Of a stretch of 64,000 nt of DNA, positions 14,178 to 24,295 are shown one piece after another. Numbering within the stretch: the first letter of the stretch is position 1; every line of letters begins with the position of its first letter. A program made the position numbers and the translations under genes. The notes under the pieces were generated by a model. It was not told the origin of the DNA. It ran no database searches and was given only the letters and a program-made list of their open reading frames with translations. Origin of the DNA: Phoronis australis (Eukaryota; Animalia; Phoronida); assembly GCA_002633005.1 (NCBI GenBank), contig NMRA01000663.1:27391-91390 (forward strand), given 5' to 3'.

Positions 14178-15262
14178 GTGAGTGATTCGTGTGGTGCTTT
14201 CGTTCCGCCGATATAGCACTCACTTTACTTTTGGTATCAATTCTGAGGGCATCACACCTGCCCTGTATTCCGTAGAGTCTCGAAAATCTCGCGAGAACGC
14301 AAGTGCACGCAAAACTTTTCGAAGTATCGTTCTGTTTGATTACAAGCGAAATTCCTGAGTCTACGAAACGCTACCACGCTATCTTTACCGAAACTACAGG
14401 GTTGTTATTTACTTTCATTTTGTTATTCATAATACTCGGGTTGTAACATGAAAAGACTGTCATTCGGTTACCCATACAGGTAACCGTGAAATATACACCC
14501 TGTGCTTCACACTACTTTAAACTGGCGCAAGCTTTCAAGTCCTCGTGAAATGTTCACAAAATTGCGGGAAATCTGCAGTTTTGTTGGTAGGGTTTAGCCG
14601 GTACGAAGGACACACCTCTCTTCCCCGTGCCGCTCAGAAGGATGATTTTCACCACCAGATTCCCTGCGAAAAGGTGCCTTTTCTAACAAAACTCTCTGTA
14701 AAATGGTTCCATTTTGGAATTCGAAACTACAAAATTTTCCCTTTCCAAGCACACAAATCTACATAAAAGTTTTTTGGTTGCTAGAAGATGTAACCATTTA
14801 AAAAAAAATTTCGTATATTTTTGTATTGTTTCAAGCGGCGGTTGAAAATTCAGCCGTCCAAGATTCTTACTCTACAAAATAATTATGAAATTAAATCCTA
14901 TGAAACGGTGGCATTTTTAGAACAAACTCCTGCAAAATGCTTTTTCATAAACCCCCCTTTCTAACCCAATCTGTGCACTGCTGCATCCCGTCAAAAACGT
15001 AGTTAATTAAGCCCAGGATCTCTTTCACCTGAAATTACAGTCATCAATGCGATGATTGGCGTGACGCGTGATAGCAACAATAACCGAGGGATATGTATGG
15101 TAGACGATCATTTAGTCTCTCTTTCTTGTTGCCTGATAGCCATGGCAACAAAGCGATTTACATTTCATTTTCATAAATATTACATTCAATCGCTTTCATG
15201 ATTCCATTAGTACCCGAGCCTTAGATGGCGATAACAAGTACAATTAAATTCTTTGTTTCTAG
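14178..15262 (+). other. Putative 5'UTR intron of the 402-aa gene
   Basis: Donor GAG|GTGAGT at 14178 and acceptor ttctttgtttctAG at 15261-62. TATAAA at ~14065 and ~14079 upstream. An in-frame TGA at 15305 means upstream exons are non-coding. Pairing of this donor and acceptor is inferred. Confidence 0.5.
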
Positions 15263-15331
15263 GTTATACTGATCTGGGCGGAACATAGCAGTGAGAGCAG
15301 CAATTGATGACCAACTCCGCGGTCACAGACA

Positions 15332-16540
15332 ATGACAGTTCTTACTCGGTCGACGGGTGATCGAGTCGACATGAACGGGAACGGTTACCGCAACGGTGTC
15401 GGCCAAGGACACAGCGACGTTGTTTCCATGGAGATGCCCCGCGAAACAGCGTATGCACCTAGAATTCTCTCGCGAAACAACAATACTAACGGTGGTTTCT
15501 CATTAAGGCCAATCACAGCGACGGGTGCAGTTGAGCAGAATGGGCAGAGAAGTACTGCGTTGCCCAAAATGGTAACTGAAGACAAACGTCCTATTACTGC
15601 GACCCCGAAAATATCAGCGGTTGAAAACGGCGTTCACATGCCCAAAGTTCCGATGGTCAACAATTTCATGACAAAAAATAAAACCAATGGGAAAGCGCTT
15701 CCACGCGGGAAAAGACACCGCTCTCGGACAGGCAGCGTGTACAGTGATGCTGAGTCGCGGCTATCCGTCGTAGGTCAGCCCCGACGTTCCACAAGTTTCC
15801 TTCCAGACAGAAAGACTCGCAAAGTGTCGGAGGTTCCGTCCATTGAGGAGCCAGTGCAGATCGAACACGACCCACATGGAGCGTGGAACTCTTTCGTTCA
15901 ATACATTCAGTCCATCCACGTGGCTCCAACGTATATCAAAAAACAGACGGATAAAACGCCGGAGACACGTGACGAAGATTACGGACTTCTAAAAGACTGT
16001 AGAACCAGTTCAGTTTTTCGGAAGACGTTCGATGAATTAAAAAAGCGAAATCAAAAGACCAATCGTATGAACTATCTGCGCAATCTAGTTTCAATGAAAA
16101 ATATAGCTGAACTCAACACGGTCGAAAATAACCAAAATGGTGAACACGAAACCAGTGAGGCCGACAGTGACGGAGATTCAATAGATGGTGACGACGAATA
16201 TAGCAAATCTATGAGTTATGGGAAAATTGGCTGGTCAATCATAAGAAGTTATGTCCGAGGAAAGGTTTTGGAGAGAAAAGAAAGTAGAAAAAGTGTAGGT
16301 TTTAACTGGAATGTGCTTCGCCAGCAACTGCTAGCGATGAGTAACATGGAAAGACATCGACAGGATCTATACACGAGGTATGGAATTATTCCGCCGGTGG
16401 GTAGCCGCGTGGCTCGGAGCAGCATGTTGGTCGAAGTAAGTGCTGAGGCTAAAGAAGTGCTGGAAAAATACAAAAATCCTGCGAGGGCAATGTCAGCGAC
16501 AAAACCTGTGACTATCAGAAATAAAAATGACACTTCATGA
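15332..16540 (+). CDS. Uncharacterised 402-aa protein (single coding exon), copy/allele 1
   Basis: Long ORF behind a splice acceptor; versus copy 2 I count 10 synonymous and 2 non-synonymous differences, as expected under purifying selection. No recognised domain. Confidence 0.85.
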   Translation: MTVLTRSTGDRVDMNGNGYRNGVGQGHSDVVSMEMPRETAYAPRILSRNNNTNGGFSLRPITATGAVEQNGQRSTALPKMVTEDKRPITATPKISAVENGVHMPKVPMVNNFMTKNKTNGKALPRGKRHRSRTGSVYSDAESRLSVVGQPRRSTSFLPDRKTRKVSEVPSIEEPVQIEHDPHGAWNSFVQYIQSIHVAPTYIKKQTDKTPETRDEDYGLLKDCRTSSVFRKTFDELKKRNQKTNRMNYLRNLVSMKNIAELNTVENNQNGEHETSEADSDGDSIDGDDEYSKSMSYGKIGWSIIRSYVRGKVLERKESRKSVGFNWNVLRQQLLAMSNMERHRQDLYTRYGIIPPVGSRVARSSMLVEVSAEAKEVLEKYKNPARAMSATKPVTIRNKNDTS

Positions 16541-18569
16541 ACGCTGGTCGATGCTAACGTTTAAATTTAGGCAAAGTGGCAATGACGTGTCAAGAAANNN
16601 NNNNNNNNNNNNNNNNNNNNNNNNNNNNNNNNNNNNNNNNNNNNNNNNNNNNNNNNNNNNNNNNNNNNNNNNNNNNNNNNNNNNNNNNNNNNNNNNNNNN
16701 NNNNNNNNNNNNNNNNNNNNNNNNNNNNNNNNNNNNNNNNNNNNNNNNNNNNNNNNNNNNNNNNNNNNNNNNNNNNNNNNNNNNNNNNNNNNNNNNNNNN
16801 NNNNNNNNNNNNNNNNNNNNNNNNNNNNNNNNNNNNNNNNNNNNNNNNNNNNNNNNNNNNNNNNNNNNNNNNNNNNNNNNNNNNNNNNNNNNNNNNNNNN
16901 NNNNNNNNNNNNNNNNNNNNNNNNNNNNNNNNNNNNNNNNNNNNNNNNNNNNNNNNNNNNNNNNNNNNNNNNNNNNNNNNNNNNNNNNNNNNNNNNNNNN
17001 NNNNNNNNNNNNNNNNNNNNNNNNNNNNNNNNNNNNNNNNNNNNNNNNNNNNNNNNNNNNNNNNNNNNNNNNNNNNNNNNNNNNNNNNNNNNNNNNNNNN
17101 NNNNNNNNNNNNNNNNNNNNNNNNNNNNNNNNNNNNNNNNNNNNNNNNNNNNNNNNNNNNNNNNNNNNNNNNNNNNNNNNNNNNNNNNNNNNNNNNNNNN
17201 NNNNNNNNNNNNNNNNNNNNNNNNNNNNNNNNNNNNNNNNNNNNNNNNNNNNNNNNNNNNNNNNNNNNNNNNNNNNNNNNNNNNNNNNNNNNNNNNNNNN
17301 NNNNNNNNNNTAAATATAAATCACTATTGTGTAGAAGTAAGAACGCGTTAGAATTTTACATTGCAATTTTCATATACTTTTTGGCTATCAAACGAGCGAG
17401 GTCGAAAGCAGAGGTGAGTGATTCGTGTGGTGCTTTCGTTCCGCCGATATAGCTCTCACTATACTTTTGATATCAATTCTGATGGTATCACACATGCCCT
17501 GTATTCCGTAGAGTCTCGAAAATCTCGCGAGAACGCAAGTGCACGCAAAACTTTTCGAAGTATCGCCCTATATGATTACAAGCGAAATTCTTGAGTCTAC
17601 GAAACGCTACCACGCTATCTTTACCGAAACTACACGGTTGTCGTTATTTACTTTGGTTCATTTTGTTGTTTATAATACTCGGGTTGTAACATGAAAAGAC
17701 TGTCATTCGGTTACCCATACAGGTAACCGTGAAATATACACCCAATGCTTTACACTACTTTAAACTGGCGCAAGCTTTCAAGTCCTCGTGAAATGTTCAC
17801 AAAATTGCGGGAAATCTGCAGTTTTGTTGGTAGGGCTTAGCCGGTACGAAGGACACACCTCTCTTTCCCGTGCCGCTCAGAAGGATGATTTTCACGACCA
17901 GATTCCCTGCGAAAAGGTGCCTTTTCTACTCTCTGTAAAATGGTTCCATTTTGGAATTCGAAACTCTACAAAAGTTTCCCTTTCCAAGCACACAAATCTA
18001 CATAAAAGTTTTTTGGTTGCTAGAAGATGTAACCATTTAAAAAAATATTTCGTATATTTTTGTATTGTTTCAAGCGGTTGAAAATTCAGCCGTCCAAGAT
18101 TCTTACTCTACAAAATAATTATGAAATTAAATCCTACGAAACGGTGTCATTTTTAGAACAAAGTCCTGCAAAAATGCTTTTTCATAGAACCCCCCTTTCT
18201 AACCCAATCTGTGCACTGCTGCATCCCGTCAAAAACTTAGTTAATTACGCCCAGGATCTCTTTGACCTGAAATTACAGTCATCAATGTGGTGATTGGCGT
18301 GACGCGTGATAGCACCAATAACCGAAGGATATGTATGGTAGACCATCATTTAGTTTCCCTTTCTTGTTGGCTGATAGCCATGGCAACAAAGCGATTTACA
18401 TTTCATTTTCATAAATATTACATTCAATCACTTTCATGATTCCATTAGTACCCAAGCCTTAGATGGCGATAATAAGTACAAGTAAATTCTTTGTTTCTAG
18501 GTTATACTGATCTGGGCGGAACGTAGCAGTGAGAGCAGCAATTGATGACCAACGCCGCGGTCACAGACA

Positions 18570-19778
18570 ATGACAGTTCTTACTCGGTCGACGGGTGATC
18601 GAGTCGACATGAACGGGAACGGTTACCGCAACGGTGTCGGCCAAGGACACAGCGACGTTGTTTCCATGGAGATGCCCCGCGAAACGGCGTATGCACCTAG
18701 AATTCTCTCGCGAAACAACAACACTAACGGTGGTTTCTCATTAAGGCCAATCACAGCGACGGGTGCAGTTGAGCAGAATGGACAGAGAAGTACTGCGTTG
18801 CCCAAAATGGTAACTGAAGACAAACGTCCTATTACTGCGACCCCGAAAATATCAGCGGTTGAAAACGGCGTTCACATGCCCAAAGTTCCGATGGTTAACA
18901 ATTTCATGACAAAAACTAAAACCAATGGGAAAGCGCTTCCACGCGGGAAAAGACACCGCTCTCGGACAGGCAGCGTATACAGTGATGCTGAGTCGCGGCT
19001 ATCTGTCGTAGGTCAGCCCCGACGTTCCACAAGTTTCCTTCCAGACAGAAAGACTCGCAAAGTGTCGGAGGTTCCGTCCATTGAGGAGCCAGTGCAGATC
19101 GAACACGATCCACATGGAGCGTGGAACTCTTTCGTTCAATACATTCAGTCCATCCACGTGGCACCAACGTATATCAAAAAACAGACGGATAAAACGCCGG
19201 AGACACGTGACGAAGATTACGGACTTCTAAAAGACTGTAGAACCAGTTCAGTTTTCCGGAAGACGTTCGATGAATTAAAAAAGCGAAATCAAAAGACCAA
19301 TCGTATGAACTATCTGCGCAATCTAGTTTCAATGAAAAATATAGCTGAACTCAACACGGTCGAAAGTAACCAAAATGGTGAACACGAAACCAGTGAGGCC
19401 GACAGTGACGGAGATTCAATAGATGGTGACGACGAATATAGCAAATCAATGAGTTATGGGAAAATTGGCTGGTCAATCATAAGAAGTTATGTCCGAGGAA
19501 AGGTTTTGGAGAGAAAAGAAAGTAGAAAAAGTGTAGGTTTTAACTGGAATGTGCTTCGCCAGCAACTGCTAGCGATGAGTAACATGGAAAGACATCGACA
19601 GGATCTATACACGAGGTATGGAATTATTCCGCCGGTGGGTAGCCGCGTGGCTCGGAGCAGCATGTTGGTCGAAGTAAGTGCTGAGGCTAAAGAAGTGCTG
19701 GAAAAATACAAAAATCCTGCGAGGGCAATGTCAGCGACAAAACCTGTGACTATCAGAAATAAAAATGACACTTCATGA
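18570..19778 (+). CDS. Uncharacterised 402-aa protein (single coding exon), copy/allele 2
   Basis: As copy 1; differs by N116T and one N>S (VENN/VESN). Confidence 0.85.
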   Translation: MTVLTRSTGDRVDMNGNGYRNGVGQGHSDVVSMEMPRETAYAPRILSRNNNTNGGFSLRPITATGAVEQNGQRSTALPKMVTEDKRPITATPKISAVENGVHMPKVPMVNNFMTKTKTNGKALPRGKRHRSRTGSVYSDAESRLSVVGQPRRSTSFLPDRKTRKVSEVPSIEEPVQIEHDPHGAWNSFVQYIQSIHVAPTYIKKQTDKTPETRDEDYGLLKDCRTSSVFRKTFDELKKRNQKTNRMNYLRNLVSMKNIAELNTVESNQNGEHETSEADSDGDSIDGDDEYSKSMSYGKIGWSIIRSYVRGKVLERKESRKSVGFNWNVLRQQLLAMSNMERHRQDLYTRYGIIPPVGSRVARSSMLVEVSAEAKEVLEKYKNPARAMSATKPVTIRNKNDTS

Positions 19779-22507
19779 ACGCTGGTCGATGCTAACGTTT
19801 AAATTTAGGCAAAGTGGCAATGACGTGTCAAGAAAAATGTAACTGTGGGTGTTAACGGGTTTATCATCATGTAAATTTATAGTCTTGTTTAAAGCCGTCA
19901 CGCTAAGGTAGTTCGCAGTGCGATCTGAAAGTCGGGGAAAACAGAGTTGGAACCGACTTGTCCTGTACAGTCAGAGTAACACCGCGAACGGTGTTTCATT
20001 TAAAGCCATGGTTTATTTGACCGAAGTTATCAGTTTCATTATGACGTCAAGACGGGCTCGGGAATTCTGTGAACGGGTTTGGTATGACAGGGCCCTAAAT
20101 AAATTCTAGATGCCTTGCTGAAAATTGCTAGTCCCCATCAATTATGAACATTGATTTGATAAATATCTAAATTGCCTGCTGTGGTCTACATTTCTAACTT
20201 TTGCGTGTCTACGTCAAATTCACACTGTGAACACCGTTACGCGGAACAGCTGAAAGTTCCGAGTTAACCGTCGTTGCAACAAGACGTCAGACGAAACTGT
20301 CGACTTCACTCTACCAGTAGTCCAATCACGCAGGCATCTAGATGAGACTTTTTGGTGTAAAACTGACGGTAGATTTTATGATGTATTATAAAAAAATTCG
20401 AAACTGGGTGACGGAACGTATGCTGTCGGTCCACTGTCGCCGACAATGTAGCGTAGTGATTTTAGTAACCTTGAAGATGCTATAAACCCGCGTTCCGTCC
20501 AAGAACAGACCTTTTGATTAAGACCACGTACTACAGTAAAATTGGCCTCAACTTTTTTCTCATTCAGATGACAGGTGTTTGTTGCATAAAACGACTCGCT
20601 GCGGCAACCCTACTATTAGAACCTCACTTCAAACTATAACAAACTGTAATTTCTTTCGCAGCCCTGTCATCGCCTCCAATTTAACTATTAAGGACATTTT
20701 AGTCCAATATCATAAAAGTGAGCGTTGTAAGTCAAAAGTTGTTTTTGTGATGAAAGCTGGGTTTGTAGACGCTTTAAACAAACGTATTTTGGGTTTCTTG
20801 GATAATACGCGCGCAAAGATTATGAGCTAAATTAGATTCTTTCACCTTTGCTCATTGTAACTGTCAGAAAGCATGCTTTGAAAAACCTCATCATGACTGG
20901 ATTAACAAGAGCTTTAGTAGACGGACTGATCTAGTTTTAATTAACTTATTGTCGGATCTTTTGATTGTTTTCTTTATTTTGTTCTCTTTGATGATGCAAT
21001 TATGAGAAGGCCATGAAACTGGTTGGAAATATAGTATTAATCAATCAAAACGTTGCGTATTCATTTTCAATCTATAGAAATGTTTTATGAAGGACGGGTG
21101 ACTTTGTCTGCGTTATTCGCACGTACTCAGTGAGCGTATTTCCGTGCTCGGCGTTTAGTGCAACCCTTCAATAAAAGGTCCTACGACCGGTCGTAGCTAA
21201 CTAAAGACGATTATAAGCACGTTGTTGCGAACACGACACTGTCCTTCTTCAATTTGCCATATTCAACCACCTTAGAGCCGCGCCAAATGATCTGTGCCGG
21301 TGGAAATTACTAAAAACCGTCTTAGCTAAGACCGAATGTGTGACCTTAAGTCAGTAAATTGAGGAGATTTAACTAACAGTATTGAACGGACGAAACACTT
21401 GTTTATTGCGTCGGCATAGCCCTTATCCACCAATAACTTTAAAAGGCGTTATCTGGCGGAGTATCGTTTCATAGACGCAAGACGGCCAGAGATGTGAGGG
21501 ACGAAGCACAAATTTTTTCACTCACGGAAATTTCGATACTTTAGATATTTTCGTGTGATTTACACCATTATCCCACCGTACATTCAACAATTCTATCGCC
21601 AACTGGCGACAACGTCCCAAGTTCACATCCCAGGCTGTAACTACTCTTATTGACAGATAGGGCTGCCCTCTTTTGAATTCCGTAGATGTCCCTTTGAACA
21701 AATACGTACACATAGCTAATCCGACAAATTCCGCCGGACTGAGGTCATACACTTGTGTGTGTCATGCCTCGAAACGTTGCTATTAGAGAGTCACAAAAAC
21801 CCATTTCATGAGAAACGGGGTAGGGCACCGTACAAGTCGCATGGTGGCGCTACCAACAAGTCGCATGCATGTCCTTCGGTAGCCATAATTCACCATTTAC
21901 TTCGTAAAAGCCAACACTATCGAATTATCTTAGATCCCGTCAGATTACCTCTACACGGTACACAGTGGTGATGTGGAAAAATTAGAGGTAAGTAGGCGCC
22001 CAAAGCCCACCGTATCACCTTGAGCACTGAACAGTGCGTAGGCGCTGCGATCAAATGCCAAAAGGTGGTTGGCTGCGCCTACGTGCTCCTACGCCCCACT
22101 ACAGCACTGCACGTACACTGATACGCGATCAGTGACTAATCTTAATATCCGCTGGCACCACTGAAAGGCAATGCCAAGCGACCATTTTAGCTTTTGATAA
22201 CTCCTTCTGCTTACCTTACTCGAAAATTGTTCCTTTGCCGAACTATTTTTAAGCGGATTCACCATGTTTAGTTTTTGGTAGTTCCGAGGTGAGCTGACAA
22301 GTGGACGACACTGTCGCACCACCTAGTGATTGATGTGTTGTACTAATTGACTGATGTAGAGGCCCTTCGGGTCTTAGTCGCTCCTATAGTAACAACTAAA
22401 GAACAAACTCAGAGGTATCTTGTTGCAAGTCCATATATTTTATGAATGCCTTCGCCACCAATTTCTGATTGTATTATTTTCAATTTCGCGTAACTTGTAC
22501 CATTTGG

Positions 22508-22727
22508 GGCCTACTTGAGTCAGATTCTAGCCCGCTCCATTAGCGATAACTATAAGGCCTACTGGAGTCAGATCCTAGCCCGCTCCATTGGCAATAACTA
22601 TAAGGCCTACTGGAGTCAGATCCTAGCCCGCTCCACTGGCAATAACTATAAGGCCTACTTGAGTCAGATTCTAGCCCGCTTCATTGGCAATAACTATAAT
22701 GCCTACTTGAGTCAGATTCTAGCCCGC
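22508..22727. repeat. 48-bp minisatellite, ~4.6 copies
   Basis: Unit ggcctact(t/g)gagtcagat(t/c)ctagcccgctccattggcaataactataa; explains ORF 22515-22766. Confidence 0.9.
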
Positions 22728-22783
22728 CCACCGAAGACATGGATGAGTTTACAAACACATTTTTAGTAATAGCAATGCAACAT

Positions 22784-23056
22784 CAAGGCCGGATCCAGGA
22801 TTTTGAGTTAGGGGAGCCAGGGCACAGGAATAAGCAGCATTTTGGAAGATGCGCGCGCCAGCCTAAAATCTGAGGATGCAGGGGTCTCGAAGTCTTGGGT
22901 TTGCAGACCTGTTGACTAAAAAAACACGGTAGACGGGTTTATTCAGGGCCTATGAGTTGTTTATTCACCCACCATGCCCCCCTGGTTGCGCGCATGTGCT
23001 AGTCAGCAATTCGCGCCCGAACTCACAAATGGCATCTGGTAGAATTTTAGGGGGGC
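22784..23056. mobile_element. CAGGGGCGGATCCAG-type MITE, truncated at the n
   Basis: Collinear with 5625-5905 (roughly 80% by eye). Confidence 0.7.
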
Positions 23057-23142
23057 NACCAAGGGCTGGGATCTAGACTTTCTACTCGAAAACGAACTCA
23101 GAAGTCTCCTTGGCAATTTTTGTTCTACTTTGGTGCAAACTC

Positions 23143-23389
23143 CATGCACGCACCCAGTGTCAAAATTGGGGGGCTCGATTTTTCAATGAGAATGTAGACC
23201 TTTTACTAAGATTCACCAGGCACGCTCAGAGCTATGAATTGTGCATTCTCCGAATTTTGGTAGTTCCTTTCCTTTTAGTGGACACTTGTTTCGTTTTTTC
23301 TGAGTTTGTTTCTCTGAAGCGGACTGTTTGCCCACTTCACCAAACAGCGGACTCGTTAATCGAGCCCCCCCCCTCCAGGTGCTCGCATA
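23143..23389. mobile_element. CATGCGCGCACCC-family MITE with 5-bp TSD
   Basis: TIRs catgcacgcacc / ggtgctcgcata; TSD AACTC at 23138-42 and 23390-94. Confidence 0.75.
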
Positions 23390-23665
23390 AACTCATAAAC
23401 AAATCTCTATTATGCAGGGCGAAATGCAGCTATAGTGAGACTTTCGAAAGTTGGCTCTGATGATAAGTCAAAGCTGCATCAAAATAAAAATGGACATTCT
23501 GAACTCGGCTGCAAACAACTTGAATTTATGTACACACGGGTTGCCGTTTTCACCAAGCGAGGAGTTCTATTTTCACCAGGCGACAAAATATTTCATTTAT
23601 CTATATTCATATATATATATATATATATATGACTGTACTTCGGGAGCAAGTTTTCTGTTATACAG

Positions 23666-23713
23666 AATTTGTTGAATACACGACACTGAAAAGTGTCGTG
23701 TATTCAACAAATT
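23666..23713. repeat. Perfect 22-bp hairpin with GAAA loop inside a (TA)n-flanked insertion
   Basis: aatttgttgaatacacgacact-gaaa-agtgtcgtgtattcaacaaatt; (TA)n at ~23608-23629 and ~23713-23737. Confidence 0.9.
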
Positions 23714-23916
23714 ATATATATATATGTATATATATAATGTATGTAAAATAGCGATGCCATCTCAGTGCTAGGCATGTGTCTTCTGTTTTCCTATCTACTA
23801 AGTGACTTTTTAGCTTGTTAAGAGGTTGGGGTCTTTGTATAGTTAAAAGTATAACTTGCAGTAGCTTACGAAGATGTCACAATAATAAATAATTCATTTT
23901 TGCTCTCAGCTCAGTG

Positions 23917-24070
23917 GCAAGACTTGGGTTACTGCCGCTGAATATCAGTTGAATTCCGGTTGACTCATCATGAGCCTAAACTACAACTACGGATTTTCCG
24001 AAGTTGATTACACACTGATCCACAACAGGACTGAATTACACCTACTGAATTTTCAGTTGAATATACACTG
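23917..24070. repeat. Degenerate ~53-bp minisatellite downstream of the FAAH stop (~3 units; ~5 units at 51793-52015)
   Basis: Repeated caagactgaattacagctactgaattttcagttgaatacacactgat-like unit in both duplicated segments. Confidence 0.6.
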
Positions 24071-24175
24071 CCAGAGTGGTATTCACTAACACAAAATAAC
24101 ACACTTAAAGCTCATGGCACACAAAGAAAATCCCAATCAAAGCCACAATCAAGGAACACGCATTGCCAGCGCCAC

Positions 24176-24295
24176 CTACTGGTAGTCAACGACACCTTCA
24201 ATCTCCTTCATTACTCGCAGGCATTGTTCATCTCGATACGGCAACGTGGCCACCTGAACGCTGACTGGCAAACCTACTGTGCCTTTGGACAGACC
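24176..24295 (-). CDS. FAAH: FAAH-A exon 16 (GLSKGTVGLPVSVQV...VVDYQ*)
   Basis: 120 nt including TAG. Confidence 0.93.
   Translation of the reverse strand, partial: GLSKGTVGLPVSVQVATLPYRDEQCLRVMKEIEGVVDYQ

Larger units (their letters stand above)
14075..19835 (+). repeat. ~2.5-kb direct duplication around a gap (14075-16597 vs 17311-19835), probable uncollapsed haplotypes
   Basis: Copy 1 ends exactly at the gap start and copy 2 begins exactly at the gap end; ~99% identical in the ORF, with a few % divergence and small indels upstream. Confidence 0.85.

Noticed and set aside
22508-22727. Regular repeats resembling a CRISPR array or repeat protein (ORF 22515-22766)
   Set aside because: Head-to-tail 48-bp units with no unique spacers and no cas genes, in eukaryotic DNA; the ORF is a by-product of a unit length divisible by 3.
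23905-23930. tRNA A-box-like agctcagtggcaag
   Set aside because: No B-box or cloverleaf; part of the degenerate minisatellite. No tRNA or rRNA was recognised in the window.
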